From: Pseudomonadota bacterium
Lineage (GTDB): Bacteria; Pseudomonadota; Alphaproteobacteria; Acetobacterales; Acetobacteraceae
Reading direction: 5' to 3'
NCBI GenBank assembly: GCA_021845595.1
Contig: JAJZVV010000006.1
Span: 84,361-148,360 of the forward strand
Length of the DNA: 64,000 bases
In this document: positions 18,786-34,387 of the stretch, piece by piece
Layout of the letters: each line of letters begins with the position of its first letter
Position numbering within the stretch: the stretch's first letter is position 1
Notes under the pieces: model-generated
Told to the model about the DNA's origin: nothing
Database searches by the model: none
The model's input: the letters and a program-made list of their open reading frames with translations, nothing else
Program-made: the position numbers and the translations under genes

Positions 18786-21062
18786 ATGGATGAGGATTTC
18801 CGCAAGGCGGCGCTCGACTATCACCGGCTGCCGCGACCCGGAAAAATCGCCGTGGAGCCGACCAAGCAGCTCGTCACCCAGCGCGATCTCGCCCTCGCCT
18901 ATTCCCCGGGCGTCGCCGCCGCCTGCGAGGCGATCGCCGCCGATCCGCAGACGGCGCGCGACTACACCGCCCGCGGCAACCTCGTCGCCGTCATCTCCAA
19001 CGGCACCGCCGTGCTCGGCCTCGGCGCCATCGGCGCGCTCGCCGGCAAGCCGGTGATGGAGGGCAAGGCGGTCCTGTTCAAGAAATTCGCCGGCATCGAC
19101 GTCTTCGACATCGAGGTGGACGCCACCGACCCGGACCTGTTCTGCACCGTCGTCGCCGCCCTGGAGCCGACCTTCGGGGCCATCAATCTCGAGGACATCA
19201 AGGCCCCCGAGTGCTTCGAGATCGAGTCGCGGCTGCGGGCGCGGATGGGCATCCCGGTGTTCCACGACGATCAGCACGGCACCGCCATCACCGTCGCGGC
19301 GGCGGTGCGCAACGGGCTCATGCTGCAGGGCAAGCGGCTGGAGGAGGTGCGGCTCGTCACCTCCGGCGCCGGCGCCGCGGCGCTCGCCTGCGTCGATCTC
19401 CTCGTCGCCATGGGGCTGCGGGCGGAGAACGTCACGCTCACCGACATCGCCGGCGTGGTCCGCGCCGACCGCGCCGGCATGCTGGCGAACATGGCCCGCT
19501 ATGCCCGCACCACCGACGCCGCCACCCTCGGCGAGGTGCTGGATGGCGCGGACCTGTTCCTCGGCCTCTCCGCCCCGCGCGTGCTGCGGCCGGAATGGCT
19601 GTCGCGGATGGCGCCGAAGCCGCTGATCCTGGCGCTGGCCAATCCGGAGCCGGAGATCCTGCCCGAGGCCGTGCGCGCCGTCCGCCCCGATGCGATCATC
19701 GCCACCGGGCGCAGCGACTTCCCCAACCAGGTCAACAACGTCCTCTGCTTCCCCTTCATCTTCCGCGGGGCGCTGGATGCCGGGGCGACGACCATCAACC
19801 AGGCGATGGAGCGCGCCGCCGTCGAAGCCATCGCGGCGCTGGCGCGGATGGAGGCCTCCGAGGTCGTCGCCGCGGCCTATGGCGGCGCGGCGCCGGTGTT
19901 CGGCCCCGACTACATCATCCCCAAGCCCTTCGATCCGCGGCTGATCCTGGAAATCGCGCCGGCGGTGGCGCGCGCGGCGATGGCGAGCGGCGTCGCCAGC
20001 CGGCCGATCGCCGATTTCGACGCCTACCGGCGCGAGCTGGAGCGATTCGTGTTCCGCTCCGGCCAGCTGATGCGCCCGGTGTTCGAAGCGGCACGCAGCG
20101 CGCCGCGGCGGATCGTCTATGCCGAGGGCGAGGATGCGCGGGTGCTGCGCGCGGCGCAGACCGTGCTCGACGACCGCACCGCGCGGCCGATCCTGCTCGG
20201 GCGGCGTGCGGTGATCGAGGCGCGCAGCCGCGACCTCGGGCTGCGGCTGACGGAGCAGCCGGGGCTCGAGATTCTCGACCCGGCCGAGGACAGCGCGACC
20301 TTCGGCCCTCTGCTCGCCGACTATCAGCAACTCGTCGGCCGTCGCGGCACCCCGCCGGCGGCGGCGGCGCGCCGGCTGGCCAACCGCAGCGCCGTCGCCG
20401 CGGCCATGCTGCTGCGCGCCGGCCTCGCCGATGCCGCGCTGATCGGCGGCAGCGGCGAATGGTGGCAGCAGGTGCAGTACGTGCTGCCGATCATTCCCCG
20501 GCGTGAGGGGGTGAGCCGCGTCTACGCGCTCTCGGCCGTCATCCTCGCGACCGGCACGCTGTTCCTGTGCGACACCCACATGAACCTGGACCCGACCGCC
20601 GAGCAGATCGCCGAGATGACGCTGCTCGCGGCGCAGGCGGTGCATGGGTTCGGCGTCACGCCGAAGGCGGCGCTGCTGTCGCACTCCAGCTTCGGCGCCT
20701 CGAACTCGCCCTCCGCGCGCAAGATGCGCGCCGCGCTGGCGCTGATCCGCGCCCGCGCGCCGGAGCTCGAGATCGACGGCGAGATGCACGCCGACGCCGC
20801 CCTGCTGCCGGCGGTGCGCGAGCGCGCCGTGCCCGACGGGCGGCTCACCGGCACCGCCAACCTGCTCATCCTGCCGACGCTGGACGCCGCCTCGATCGCC
20901 TTCAACCTGCTGAAGGCGGCGGCCGATGCGCTGCCGGTCGGGCCGCTGCTGCTCGGCATGGAGAAGCCCGTCCACGTGCTGGTGCCGAGCGTGACGGCGC
21001 GCGGCGTCGTCAATCTCAGCGCGCTCGCCGCCACCCAGGGCCATGCCGCGGCGCTGCCATGA
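18786..21062 (+). CDS. maeB: NADP-dependent malic enzyme (malic enzyme + PTA-like domain)
   Basis: The sequence starts [21 protein letters not shown] and continues with [10 protein letters not shown] and [35 protein letters not shown]-terminal phosphate-acetyltransferase-like domain follows. About 758 aa from ATG 18786. Confidence 0.93.
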   Translation: MDEDFRKAALDYHRLPRPGKIAVEPTKQLVTQRDLALAYSPGVAAACEAIAADPQTARDYTARGNLVAVISNGTAVLGLGAIGALAGKPVMEGKAVLFKKFAGIDVFDIEVDATDPDLFCTVVAALEPTFGAINLEDIKAPECFEIESRLRARMGIPVFHDDQHGTAITVAAAVRNGLMLQGKRLEEVRLVTSGAGAAALACVDLLVAMGLRAENVTLTDIAGVVRADRAGMLANMARYARTTDAATLGEVLDGADLFLGLSAPRVLRPEWLSRMAPKPLILALANPEPEILPEAVRAVRPDAIIATGRSDFPNQVNNVLCFPFIFRGALDAGATTINQAMERAAVEAIAALARMEASEVVAAAYGGAAPVFGPDYIIPKPFDPRLILEIAPAVARAAMASGVASRPIADFDAYRRELERFVFRSGQLMRPVFEAARSAPRRIVYAEGEDARVLRAAQTVLDDRTARPILLGRRAVIEARSRDLGLRLTEQPGLEILDPAEDSATFGPLLADYQQLVGRRGTPPAAAARRLANRSAVAAAMLLRAGLADAALIGGSGEWWQQVQYVLPIIPRREGVSRVYALSAVILATGTLFLCDTHMNLDPTAEQIAEMTLLAAQAVHGFGVTPKAALLSHSSFGASNSPSARKMRAALALIRARAPELEIDGEMHADAALLPAVRERAVPDGRLTGTANLLILPTLDAASIAFNLLKAAADALPVGPLLLGMEKPVHVLVPSVTARGVVNLSALAATQGHAAALP

Positions 21063-21122
21063 TTTCGCCCGCCGCGGCTGCTTCCGTCGTACTGCCGTAA
21101 CGCCGCGCCGGCAGAGTGCGGC

Positions 21123-21179
21123 GACGACGGAGCGTGAAAGAGACGACGGAGCGTGAAAGGGACGACGGAGCGTGAAAGG
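21123..21179 (+). repeat. Three tandem 19-nt direct repeats immediately upstream of, and overlapping, the galU start region
   Basis: gacgacggagcgtgaaag occurs three times with a 19-nt period (21123, 21142, 21161). Each copy contains GGAG followed by GTG. Confidence 0.85.
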
Positions 21180-21189
21180 ACTGGCTGAC

Positions 21190-22074
21190 GTGAAGAAACC
21201 CCTGCGCAAGGCCGTGCTGCCCGTGGCCGGCCTCGGCACCCGATTTCTGCCGGCGACCAAGGCGATGGCCAAGGAAATGCTGCCGGTCGTGGACAAGCCG
21301 CTGATCCAGTACGCGGTCGAGGAGGCGCGCGCGGCCGGGATCGAGGAATTCTGCATGATCACCGGGCGCGGTAAGACCGCGCTGGTCGAGCATTTCGACA
21401 TCGCCTTCGAACTGGAAGCGACGCTGCGCGAGCGCGGCCGGCTGCACGCGGTCGAGGAGCTGCGCCGCACCACCTCGCTTCCCCCCGGCGCGATCGCCGC
21501 GGTGCGCCAGCAGGAGCCGCTCGGGCTCGGCCACGCCATCTGGTGCGCGCGGGCGTTCATCGGCGAGGATCCGTTCGCCATCCTGCTGCCCGACGATCTC
21601 GTGCTCTCCGAGACCCCGTGCATGGCCCAGCTCGCCGCCGCCTATCGCGAGACCGGCGGCAACGTCGTCGCCGTCTCCGAAGTGCCGCGCGAGCAGACCA
21701 ACCGCTACGGCATTCTCGACATCACCGCCGACGACGGCCGCCTGGTCGAGGTCAGCGGCCTGGTCGAGAAGCCGGATCCGCTGCTCGCCCCCTCGACGCT
21801 GGCGATCATCGGCCGCTACGTGCTGCTGCCGGAGGTGCTGACCCATCTCGCCCGGTTCGAGCGCGGCGCCGGCGGCGAGGTGCAGCTCACCGACGCGATG
21901 ACGCGCCTGATCGGCCACCACCCGTTCCACGGCCTGCGCTTCGAAGGCCGCCGGTTCGACTGCGGCGACAAGGCGGGGTTCCTGGAAGCCCAGATCGCCT
22001 TCGCGCTCCGCCGCCCCGACCTCGCCGACACGGTGCGCGCGTTCCTGCGCCGCTATGTCGAGCCCGCGATCTGA
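21190..22074 (+). CDS. galU: UTP--glucose-1-phosphate uridylyltransferase
   Basis: [45 protein letters not shown] is the canonical GalU N-terminus. I prefer GTG 21190. The track start (GTG 21172) lies inside the third 19-nt repeat and adds only six residues. Confidence 0.9.
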   Translation: MKKPLRKAVLPVAGLGTRFLPATKAMAKEMLPVVDKPLIQYAVEEARAAGIEEFCMITGRGKTALVEHFDIAFELEATLRERGRLHAVEELRRTTSLPPGAIAAVRQQEPLGLGHAIWCARAFIGEDPFAILLPDDLVLSETPCMAQLAAAYRETGGNVVAVSEVPREQTNRYGILDITADDGRLVEVSGLVEKPDPLLAPSTLAIIGRYVLLPEVLTHLARFERGAGGEVQLTDAMTRLIGHHPFHGLRFEGRRFDCGDKAGFLEAQIAFALRRPDLADTVRAFLRRYVEPAI

Positions 22075-22099
22075 TCCCTCGCCAGCCACGGACCCAGCC

Positions 22100-23509
22100 A
22101 TGCCCTTCCGCCATGATTTCGACCCCACCACGCTGCGCGAGTACGACATCCGCGGCATCGTCGGCGAGACGCTGCACCCGGCCGACGCCTTCGCCATCGG
22201 CCGCGTCTTCGGCGCGATCATCGCCGGCGACGGCGGACGCAGCGTCGCCGTCGGCTATGACGGGCGCCTGTCCTCGCCGACGCTGGAAGCGGCGCTGGTC
22301 GAAGGGCTGGTCGCCTCGGGCATGGCGGCGGTGCGCATCGGCTGCGGGCCGACGCCGATGCTCTACTACGCCGCCACCACCCTGCCCGCCGATGGCGCGG
22401 TCATGGTCACGGGCAGCCACAACCCGCCGAACTACAACGGCTTCAAGATGATGCGCGGGAAGAAGCCGTTCTTCGGCGCCGACATCAAGATGCTCGGTGC
22501 GCGCGCCGCGGCGGGCGACGTCGTCGCCGAGGCGAAAGGCAGCGCCCGCACGCTCGACATCGCCGAGGCGTATGTCACCCGCGTCGCGGCGGACTGGGAC
22601 GGCGGCGCGCGCGCGCTCAACGTCGTCTGGGATGCCGGCAACGGCGCCGCCGGCGAGGTGCTGCAGCGGCTCGTCACCCGCCTGCCGGGGACGCACACGC
22701 TGCTCAACGCCGAGATCGATGGCCGGTTCCCGGCGCATCATCCCGACCCGACGGTGCCGGCCAACCTCGTCGAGCTCATCGCGCGCGTGCGGGCGCAGAA
22801 GGCCGATCTCGGCATCGCCTTCGACGGCGACGCCGACCGCATCGGGCTGGTCGACGACCAGGGCGGCATCCTGTTCGGCGATCAGCTGATGGTGCTGCTC
22901 AGCCGCGACCTGCTCGCCCGCCGCCCCGGCGCCACGATCATCGCCGACGTCAAGGCGAGCCAGGTGCTGTTCGACGAGATCCAGCGCGCCGGCGGCCAGC
23001 CGCTGATGTGGAAGACCGGGCACAGCCTGATCAAGGCGAAGATGGCCGAGACCGGCGCCCCGCTCGCCGGGGAGATGTCCGGCCATCTGTTCTTCGCCGA
23101 CCATTGGTACGGGTTCGACGATGCGCTCTACGCCGCGGTGCGCATCCTCGGCGTCATCGCGCGCATGGACCGCCCGCTTTCGGCCTGGCGCGAGGCCCTG
23201 CCGCACGTGGTCAACACGCCGGAGCTGCGGTTCGAATGCGCCGAGGATCGCAAGTTCGGCGTCATCGCCGAGGTCGCGGCGCGGCTGCGTGCCGCCGGGG
23301 CCCGGGTCGCGGACACCGACGGGGTGCGGGTGCAGACCGCCGACGGCTGGTGGCTGCTGCGCGCGTCGAACACGCAGGCGGTGCTGGTGGCGCGGGCGGA
23401 ATCGTCGGACGCGGCCGGGCTGGAACGGCTCAAGGCAGCGCTGGCGGCCGAACTCGCCGCCTCCGGCCTCGCCGCGCCGGATTTCTCCGCCGCCCACGCG
23501 GGGCACTGA
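22100..23509 (+). CDS. Phosphomannomutase/phosphoglucomutase (alpha-D-phosphohexomutase family)
   Basis: The phosphoserine loop [14 protein letters not shown], the metal loop FDGDADR, and the sugar loop GEMSGH are all present. The start is ATG 22100 (MPFRHDF). Confidence 0.9.
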   Translation: MPFRHDFDPTTLREYDIRGIVGETLHPADAFAIGRVFGAIIAGDGGRSVAVGYDGRLSSPTLEAALVEGLVASGMAAVRIGCGPTPMLYYAATTLPADGAVMVTGSHNPPNYNGFKMMRGKKPFFGADIKMLGARAAAGDVVAEAKGSARTLDIAEAYVTRVAADWDGGARALNVVWDAGNGAAGEVLQRLVTRLPGTHTLLNAEIDGRFPAHHPDPTVPANLVELIARVRAQKADLGIAFDGDADRIGLVDDQGGILFGDQLMVLLSRDLLARRPGATIIADVKASQVLFDEIQRAGGQPLMWKTGHSLIKAKMAETGAPLAGEMSGHLFFADHWYGFDDALYAAVRILGVIARMDRPLSAWREALPHVVNTPELRFECAEDRKFGVIAEVAARLRAAGARVADTDGVRVQTADGWWLLRASNTQAVLVARAESSDAAGLERLKAALAAELAASGLAAPDFSAAHAGH

Positions 23510-23514
23510 TACCA

Positions 23515-23546
23515 ACCGGGCGAGATGCTGACACATCTCGCCCGGT
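23515..23546. terminator. Hairpin between convergent genes (candidate bidirectional terminator)
   Basis: ACCGGGCGAGATG-ctgaca-CATCTCGCCCGGT forms a perfect 13-bp stem, extendable to 23509-23552 with one mismatch. There is no clear U-tract. A second 12/13-bp hairpin lies at about 23603-23636. Confidence 0.45.
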
Positions 23547-23648
23547 CGGTATCGAGTCTTGGCTTCGCGCGCCGCCGCCCGCCAATCCGGCGCGCATACT
23601 AGCCGGCCGAAGCCTTGTGAGAGTCAAGCCTTCGGCCGACTGGTATGA

Positions 23649-23873
23649 TCAGGCCGGGTCGGAACCGCCCTCGATCGGCGTCCGCCCGCGCGGCGGACGT
23701 CCGGCCCGTGTCTGCAGCGCGACCTCGATGATCGCCTCCAGCCGCACCAGCCGCTCCTTGAGCCCGGCGACCTCGTCGGCGAGCCGCTCGACCTTGCGCG
23801 CCTGCGCCTGCACGCGCTCATCGATCAGGATCACCGAGCGGATGGCGGCGATGGCCTCGCCGTAGAGGCTCAC
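23649..23873 (-). CDS. Small coiled-coil protein (74 aa), translationally coupled to the upstream RHH gene
   Basis: This is the last 74 codons of track ORF 23649-25334: VSLYGEAIAAIRSVILIDERVQAQARKVERLADEVAGLKERLVRLEAIIEVALQTRAG... GC3 is strongly high (coding-like). The GTG start overlaps the TGA of the RHH gene (TCAC at 23870-23873, i.e. GTGA on the coding strand). Confidence 0.55.
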   Translation of the reverse strand: MSLYGEAIAAIRSVILIDERVQAQARKVERLADEVAGLKERLVRLEAIIEVALQTRAGRPPRGRTPIEGGSDPA

Positions 23874-24148
23874 CGCCGGCGTCGCGGCCGGGCCGGGCCG
23901 GCCAGCGTGGCGTCGAGCTTGCGGTCGGTGCGGTCGAGCTGGCGCAGCGTCTCGGCGCGGGTGCGCTTGAACAGGTCGAGCAGCGCGCGCAGCTCCTCGG
24001 CCTCGTTCTGGTCGGCGAGATCGTAGGCATCGACGGCGCGGCGCACGAGCTCGGCGGCCGAGATCGGCCCGACCCGGCTGGCCTTCGCCTCGAGCGCGGC
24101 CTTTTCCTCCGGGGTCATCAGCACCACGACGCGGGCGGTCGCCGACAT
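23870..24148 (-). CDS. Ribbon-helix-helix (CopG/MobC-like) DNA-binding protein
   Basis: MSATARVVVLMTPEEKAALEAKASRVGPISAAELVRRAVDAY fits the RHH pattern: a beta-strand followed by two helices. ATG 24148 is preceded by GGAG at a 7-nt spacing. Confidence 0.65.
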   Translation of the reverse strand: MSATARVVVLMTPEEKAALEAKASRVGPISAAELVRRAVDAYDLADQNEAEELRALLDLFKRTRAETLRQLDRTDRKLDATLAGPARPRRRR

Positions 24149-24162
24149 GTCCCAACTCCAAA

Positions 24163-24184
24163 CATGCACATGGACATGTGCATG
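24163..24184. promoter_or_regulatory. Perfect 10-2-10 palindrome upstream of the RHH gene (candidate operator)
   Basis: CATGCACATG-GA-CATGTGCATG lies 15 nt upstream of the RHH start codon, in the 81-nt gap after the ligA stop. Confidence 0.45.
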
Positions 24185-24229
24185 GTAGCGCCGCCCTTCG
24201 CCACTGCCAAGCGCCCGCCGCGCGCGCCG

Positions 24230-27966
<3,737 letters not shown>

Positions 27967-27991
27967 GGGCTCGGGGATCCCGGCCGGGCGC

Positions 27992-28825
27992 TCAGAACAG
28001 CCAGTCGAAGCTGCGGGCGAGGAAGCCGCCCTGCTGCGCCGTCGCAGGCGGCTTCACGTCGCCGTCCGCCACCAGCCGGTCGAACGAGTGCCGGTACCAC
28101 GAACTGCCCGGATAATTGTAGGCGAGCACGGCGGCGGTGCGCTTCGCCTCGGCGGTCATGCCCAGGGCGAGATAGATCTCGGTGAGGCGATAGAGCGCCT
28201 CCGGCACGTGGTTGGTGGTCTGATAATCGTCGACCACGCGCTGGAACCGGTTGATGGCCGCGGCATAGAGATGGCGGCTCTCGTACCAGCGGCCGATCGA
28301 CATCTCCGCGGCGGCGAGATGGTCGCTGCAGAGATCGATCTTCAGCCTGGCGTCGCGGGCATAGGCGCTGTCCGGGAACCGGTTCACCACCTCCTTGAGC
28401 GCGCCCAGGGCCAGCGCGGTATTCTTCTGGTCCCGGTCGATGTCCGACATCTGCTCGTAATAGCAGAGCGCACGCAGGTAATAGGCGTAGGCGATGCTCT
28501 TGCTGGTCGGGTGCAGCTGGGTGAAGCGCTCCAGCGTGGTGACGGCGTCGGCGTAGGAGCCTTCCAGATATTGGGCATAGCCCGCCATGAGCAGCGCGTT
28601 CGCCGCCCAGGCCGAGTAGGGGAAGTTCTCGGCCACCTTGTCGAACAGTTTTTCGGCCGTTTTGTAGCGGCCGGCATTCAGCGCATCGACGCCGCGATTA
28701 TAGATGTCCTCGACCCCCAGCCCGGCCATGAAACCGGGATCCTCCGCCTTGTCGCCCGAATCCGAGCAGCCGGCGACGGCCATCGGCGCCAGCAGGGCGG
28801 CGCCCAGCAGGCCGAAGCGCAGCAT
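27992..28825 (-). CDS. bamD: Outer membrane protein assembly factor BamD
   Basis: A lipoprotein signal (MLRFGLLGAALLAPMAVAGC) is followed by TPR-like repeats (YNRGVDALNAGRYKTAEKLFDKV...). The start is at ATG 28825; ATG 28864 is an alternative. The track start 29005 would overlap kdsA. Confidence 0.88.
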   Translation of the reverse strand: MLRFGLLGAALLAPMAVAGCSDSGDKAEDPGFMAGLGVEDIYNRGVDALNAGRYKTAEKLFDKVAENFPYSAWAANALLMAGYAQYLEGSYADAVTTLERFTQLHPTSKSIAYAYYLRALCYYEQMSDIDRDQKNTALALGALKEVVNRFPDSAYARDARLKIDLCSDHLAAAEMSIGRWYESRHLYAAAINRFQRVVDDYQTTNHVPEALYRLTEIYLALGMTAEAKRTAAVLAYNYPGSSWYRHSFDRLVADGDVKPPATAQQGGFLARSFDWLF

Positions 28826-28967
28826 GCGCCGTCGGGAAACGATGGGTGGGGCTAGGCAGGGCATCGGCGGTGGCGCCTCGTCGGTCCGTGGGGGTGACGC
28901 GGGGCGTTTATAGCATGCCTGGCGAGCAGGGAAGCCGTTGCGCATCCGCCCCCGGTCGCGTGCCCGA

Positions 28968-29834
28968 TCAGGCGCCGTCCCCGGCACCATGCTTCGCCAG
29001 CGCATCGAACGCCATCAGGCGCGCCAGCAGCGCCGGCATCGCGGCCAGCGGGATCATGTTCGGCCCGTCGGAGGGCGCGTGATCCGGGTCGGGATGGGTC
29101 TCGATGAACACCGCCGCCACGCCCACGGCCACCGCGGCGCGGGCCAGAACGGGGGCGAATTCGCGCTGCCCGCCGGAGGCGCCGCCGAGCCCGCCGGGCT
29201 GCTGCACCGAGTGGGTGGCGTCGAACACCACCGGATAGCCGGTCCGGGCCAGGATCGGCAGGGCGCGGAAATCGCTGACCAGGGTGTTGTAGCCGAAGCT
29301 CACGCCGCGTTCGGTGAGCAGAATGCGCTGATTGCCGGTGCTGGCGACCTTGGCGGCGACGTTTTCCATGTCCCACGGGGCCAGGAACTGGCCCTTCTTG
29401 ACGTTCACGGCGCAGCCGGTGGCCCCGGCGGCGAGCAGCAGATCGGTCTGGCGGCAAAGAAACGCCGGGATCTGCAGCACGTCCACCGCCGCGGCGGCCG
29501 GCGCGCACTGTTCGGCGGTGTGGACGTCGGTCAGCACCGGAACGGCGAACCGCTCGCGCACCTCGGCCAGGATGGCGAGCCCCTCGGCCAGCCCGACCCC
29601 GCGCGCGGCGGCGAGGCTGGTGCGGTTGGCCTTGTCGAAGCTGCTCTTGTAGATCAGCCCGATCCCGCGCGCGGCGGCGATCTCGACCAGGGCGGCGGCG
29701 ACCTCCAGCGCGTGGCCACGGCTCTCGATCTGGCACGGACCAGCGATGAGCACGAGCGGGCGGTCGTTGCCCAGCACGAGCGGGCCGATGCCGACAGGGC
29801 GCGACGCGGGCGCGGTGATAGCGGTCTCAGACAA
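28968..29834 (-). CDS. kdsA: 3-deoxy-8-phosphooctulonate synthase
   Basis: [50 protein letters not shown] and FDATHSVQ are canonical KdsA blocks. Confidence 0.95.
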   Translation of the reverse strand: MSETAITAPASRPVGIGPLVLGNDRPLVLIAGPCQIESRGHALEVAAALVEIAAARGIGLIYKSSFDKANRTSLAAARGVGLAEGLAILAEVRERFAVPVLTDVHTAEQCAPAAAAVDVLQIPAFLCRQTDLLLAAGATGCAVNVKKGQFLAPWDMENVAAKVASTGNQRILLTERGVSFGYNTLVSDFRALPILARTGYPVVFDATHSVQQPGGLGGASGGQREFAPVLARAAVAVGVAAVFIETHPDPDHAPSDGPNMIPLAAMPALLARLMAFDALAKHGAGDGA

Positions 29835-29863
29835 GGTGGGGAACCTCAGACAAGGCGGGGGCC

Positions 29864-32039
<2,176 letters not shown>

Positions 32040-32131
32040 GAAAGCTCCGGGGCAAGGTGGCAGGCGGAAATCCGGGGCGGTTCTAGCCCCACCGGCGGCG
32101 GACCGCCAGAGAGCGCGCGGCGGCGGGGGGA

Positions 32132-32851
32132 TCAGGCCGCGTCGGCGAAAATCAGCCGCCGGCGGAGCACGGGCTGGCGCGGCGCGGCGGCGTAGGTGTC
32201 CTTCACCGCCTCGCTCAGGGTCAGGCCGGCGAGGTGCGGCACCAGCCGCCGCCCGGCCGCCTCCCACAGCGCGGCGCCGCGCAGGAACAGCCGCAGATGC
32301 GTCGGCGGCAGATAGAGCGCCGAGTCGCGCCGCTCGATGCGGAACAGCGATTCGGCGAGCAGGCGGCCGACCTGGCCGGGCGAATAGGGCTGACCATGGC
32401 CGAAGGGCGTGCTTTCGACATGCGCCCACATGCCGACGCGGTTCGGCGCCACCACCAGCAGCCGCCCATCGTCCTTGAGCACCCGCCACGCCTCGCGCAG
32501 CATCCGCCGCGCATTCTCCGCCGCTTCCAGCCCGTGGACCAGCAGGATGCGGTCGAAACTCAGGTCGGGGAACGGCAGCGCGTCCTCCTCGGCGGTGCAG
32601 GCGAGGTTCGGGGCGCCGGCGGGCCAGCGGGCGGCGCCGATCTGGGCCGGCGTCACCGCGACGCAGCGCGCCGCGCCCTCGCGCCAGAGGCGCAGATAGG
32701 GGCCGGCGTAGCCGAGCCCGAGATAGGCGAGCGGCGGCGCGCCCGGCCCGGCCGGCCAGAGCGCGGCGAGGCGCGCGCGCAGCAGCCGCGCCGCCACCGC
32801 GCCGCGTCGGGTGGCGTAGAACTCGGCGGCACTGAAGGCATCGGTCGGCAT
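32132..32851 (-). CDS. Class I SAM-dependent methyltransferase-like protein
   Basis: 239 aa. It shows a methyltransferase-type fold pattern (ILLVHGLE, DGRLLVVAPN). It is divergent from gloB, as commonly seen in alphaproteobacteria. Confidence 0.6.
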   Translation of the reverse strand: MPTDAFSAAEFYATRRGAVAARLLRARLAALWPAGPGAPPLAYLGLGYAGPYLRLWREGAARCVAVTPAQIGAARWPAGAPNLACTAEEDALPFPDLSFDRILLVHGLEAAENARRMLREAWRVLKDDGRLLVVAPNRVGMWAHVESTPFGHGQPYSPGQVGRLLAESLFRIERRDSALYLPPTHLRLFLRGAALWEAAGRRLVPHLAGLTLSEAVKDTYAAAPRQPVLRRRLIFADAA

Positions 32852-32914
32852 GCGCCGTTATATAACAATTGCTCCGGGTTGCGTCCGCCCGTCCCGGTGG
32901 CTAAATCCTTCGCC

Positions 32915-33640
32915 ATGACCGTCACCGCCACGCAAGTCCCCGTCCTGTCCGACAACTATTCCTGGCTGCTGCGCGACAGCGCCAGCGGAGCGACGGCGAT
33001 CGTCGATCCGCCGGTCGCCGAGCCGATCATCGCGGCCATCGAGCAGGCCGGCGGCCGGCTGGACATGATCCTGCTCACCCATCACCACGACGACCATATC
33101 GGCGGCGTCGACGCGCTGCGCGCCCGGTTCCCCGTGCCCGTCATCGGCGCAGCGGCCGATGCGCACCGGCTGCCGCGGCTCGATCGGGCGGTGGCGGAGG
33201 GCGACATCGTCCGTCTCGGCACCGCCGAGGGGCGCGTCATCGCCACCCCCGGCCACACGCTCGGCCACATCGCCTATTTCTTCGCCGACGGGCCCCTCCT
33301 CTGCTGCGGCGACACGATGTTCAGCCTCGGCTGCGGGCGTCTGTTCGAGGGCACGGCGCAGCAGATGTTCGACAGTTTCGCCAAGTTCGCCGCCCTGCCG
33401 GACGCGACGCTGATCTGCTGCGGCCATGAATACACCGCCTCCAATGCCCGCTTCGCGCTCGCCGTCGATCCCGACAACGCGGCGCTGAAGGCGCGCGCCG
33501 CCGAGGTCGAGCGCCTGCGCGCCGAGGGCCGGCCGACGGTGCCCGTTCGGCTCGACCTGGAACGGGCGACCAACCCGTTCCTGCGCGCGCCGACCGCGGC
33601 GGCGTTCGGCGAATTGCGCGCACACAAGGACCGCTTCTGA
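32915..33640 (+). CDS. gloB: Hydroxyacylglutathione hydrolase (glyoxalase II)
   Basis: VLSDNYSWLL and LLTHHHDDHIGG (the THxHxDH motif) are present, along with TPGHTLGHI and CGHEYT. Confidence 0.93.
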   Translation: MTVTATQVPVLSDNYSWLLRDSASGATAIVDPPVAEPIIAAIEQAGGRLDMILLTHHHDDHIGGVDALRARFPVPVIGAAADAHRLPRLDRAVAEGDIVRLGTAEGRVIATPGHTLGHIAYFFADGPLLCCGDTMFSLGCGRLFEGTAQQMFDSFAKFAALPDATLICCGHEYTASNARFALAVDPDNAALKARAAEVERLRAEGRPTVPVRLDLERATNPFLRAPTAAAFGELRAHKDRF

Positions 33641-33688
33641 GCCGCCGGCGGACCGGCGGCCAAGGGGGGGCCAAAAGGGGGGAAACGG

Positions 33689-34294
33689 ATGAAGCTGTAT
33701 TACAGTCCAACCAGCCCCTATGTGCGCAAGGTTGTCGCCTGCGCCATCGCCCGCGGCATCGACCCGCAACTGCGGCTGGTCACCACCAATCCGCACGCCT
33801 CCCCGGCCGATCTCGTGGCCGACAATCCGCTCTCGAAGGTTCCCTGCCTGGTCACCGAGGACGGGCTGGCGCTGTTCGACAGCCCGGTGATCTGCGAATA
33901 TCTCGACAGCATCGGCGACGCCGCGGCGGTGTTTCCCCGCCCCGGCAGTGCCCAGCGCTGGCATGCGCTGAAACTGCAAGCGCTCGGCGACGGCATTCTC
34001 GACGCCGCCCTGCTGCGGCGGATGGAGCAGGGCCGCCCGCGCGAGGCGGCGCGCGATGCGCTGATGGCGCGCCAGCGCGACATCGTCGGCCGGGCGCTCG
34101 ACACGCTGGAGACCGATCCGCCGGGCCGCGCGGCGGACATCGGCACGATCACCATCGGCTGCGCGCTGGGCTATATCGATTTCCGCTTCGCCGACGAGCC
34201 CTGGCGACCGACGCGCCCGAGGCTCGCGGCCTGGTACGCAGCCTTCGCCGAACATCCCTGCATGGCCCGGACGGCGCCGAAAGATCCGGCCTGA
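33689..34294 (+). CDS. Glutathione S-transferase family protein
   Basis: MKLYYSPTSPYVRKV, LSKVPCLV and LFDSPVICEYLD indicate an N-terminal thioredoxin-like GST fold. Confidence 0.85.
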   Translation: MKLYYSPTSPYVRKVVACAIARGIDPQLRLVTTNPHASPADLVADNPLSKVPCLVTEDGLALFDSPVICEYLDSIGDAAAVFPRPGSAQRWHALKLQALGDGILDAALLRRMEQGRPREAARDALMARQRDIVGRALDTLETDPPGRAADIGTITIGCALGYIDFRFADEPWRPTRPRLAAWYAAFAEHPCMARTAPKDPA

Positions 34295-34383
34295 TCCCGA
34301 CCAGGCCTGATCCCGGCCAGGCCTGATTCCGACCAGGCTTGATCCGGGCCAGGCCTGAGCCCGGCTAGGCCTGATCCCGACCG
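34288..34383. repeat. Six tandem 16-nt repeats filling the whole convergent GST/thyX spacer
   Basis: The copies are ggcctgatcccgacca / ggcctgatcccggcca / ggcctgattccgacca / ggcttgatccgggcca / ggcctgagcccggcta / ggcctgatcccgaccg. Copy 1 contains the GST stop codon. The array ends 4 nt before the thyX stop. Confidence 0.85.
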
Positions 34384-34387
34384 GCGC

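Noticed and set aside
23870-23873. A frameshifted single gene (pseudogene) instead of two small genes
   Set aside because: This remains possible. However, the GTGA stop/start overlap is the same coupling device used by several neighbouring operons (ispE/cysD and the Ehr-like cluster), and both frames have high GC3. I kept them as two genes, at moderate confidence.
34288-34383. CRISPR array (also considered for 21123-21179, 1771-1966 and 56104-56143)
   Set aside because: The repeats are directly abutting or separated by short constant linkers, with no unique spacers. The periods of 12-19 nt are too short. There are no cas genes in the window.
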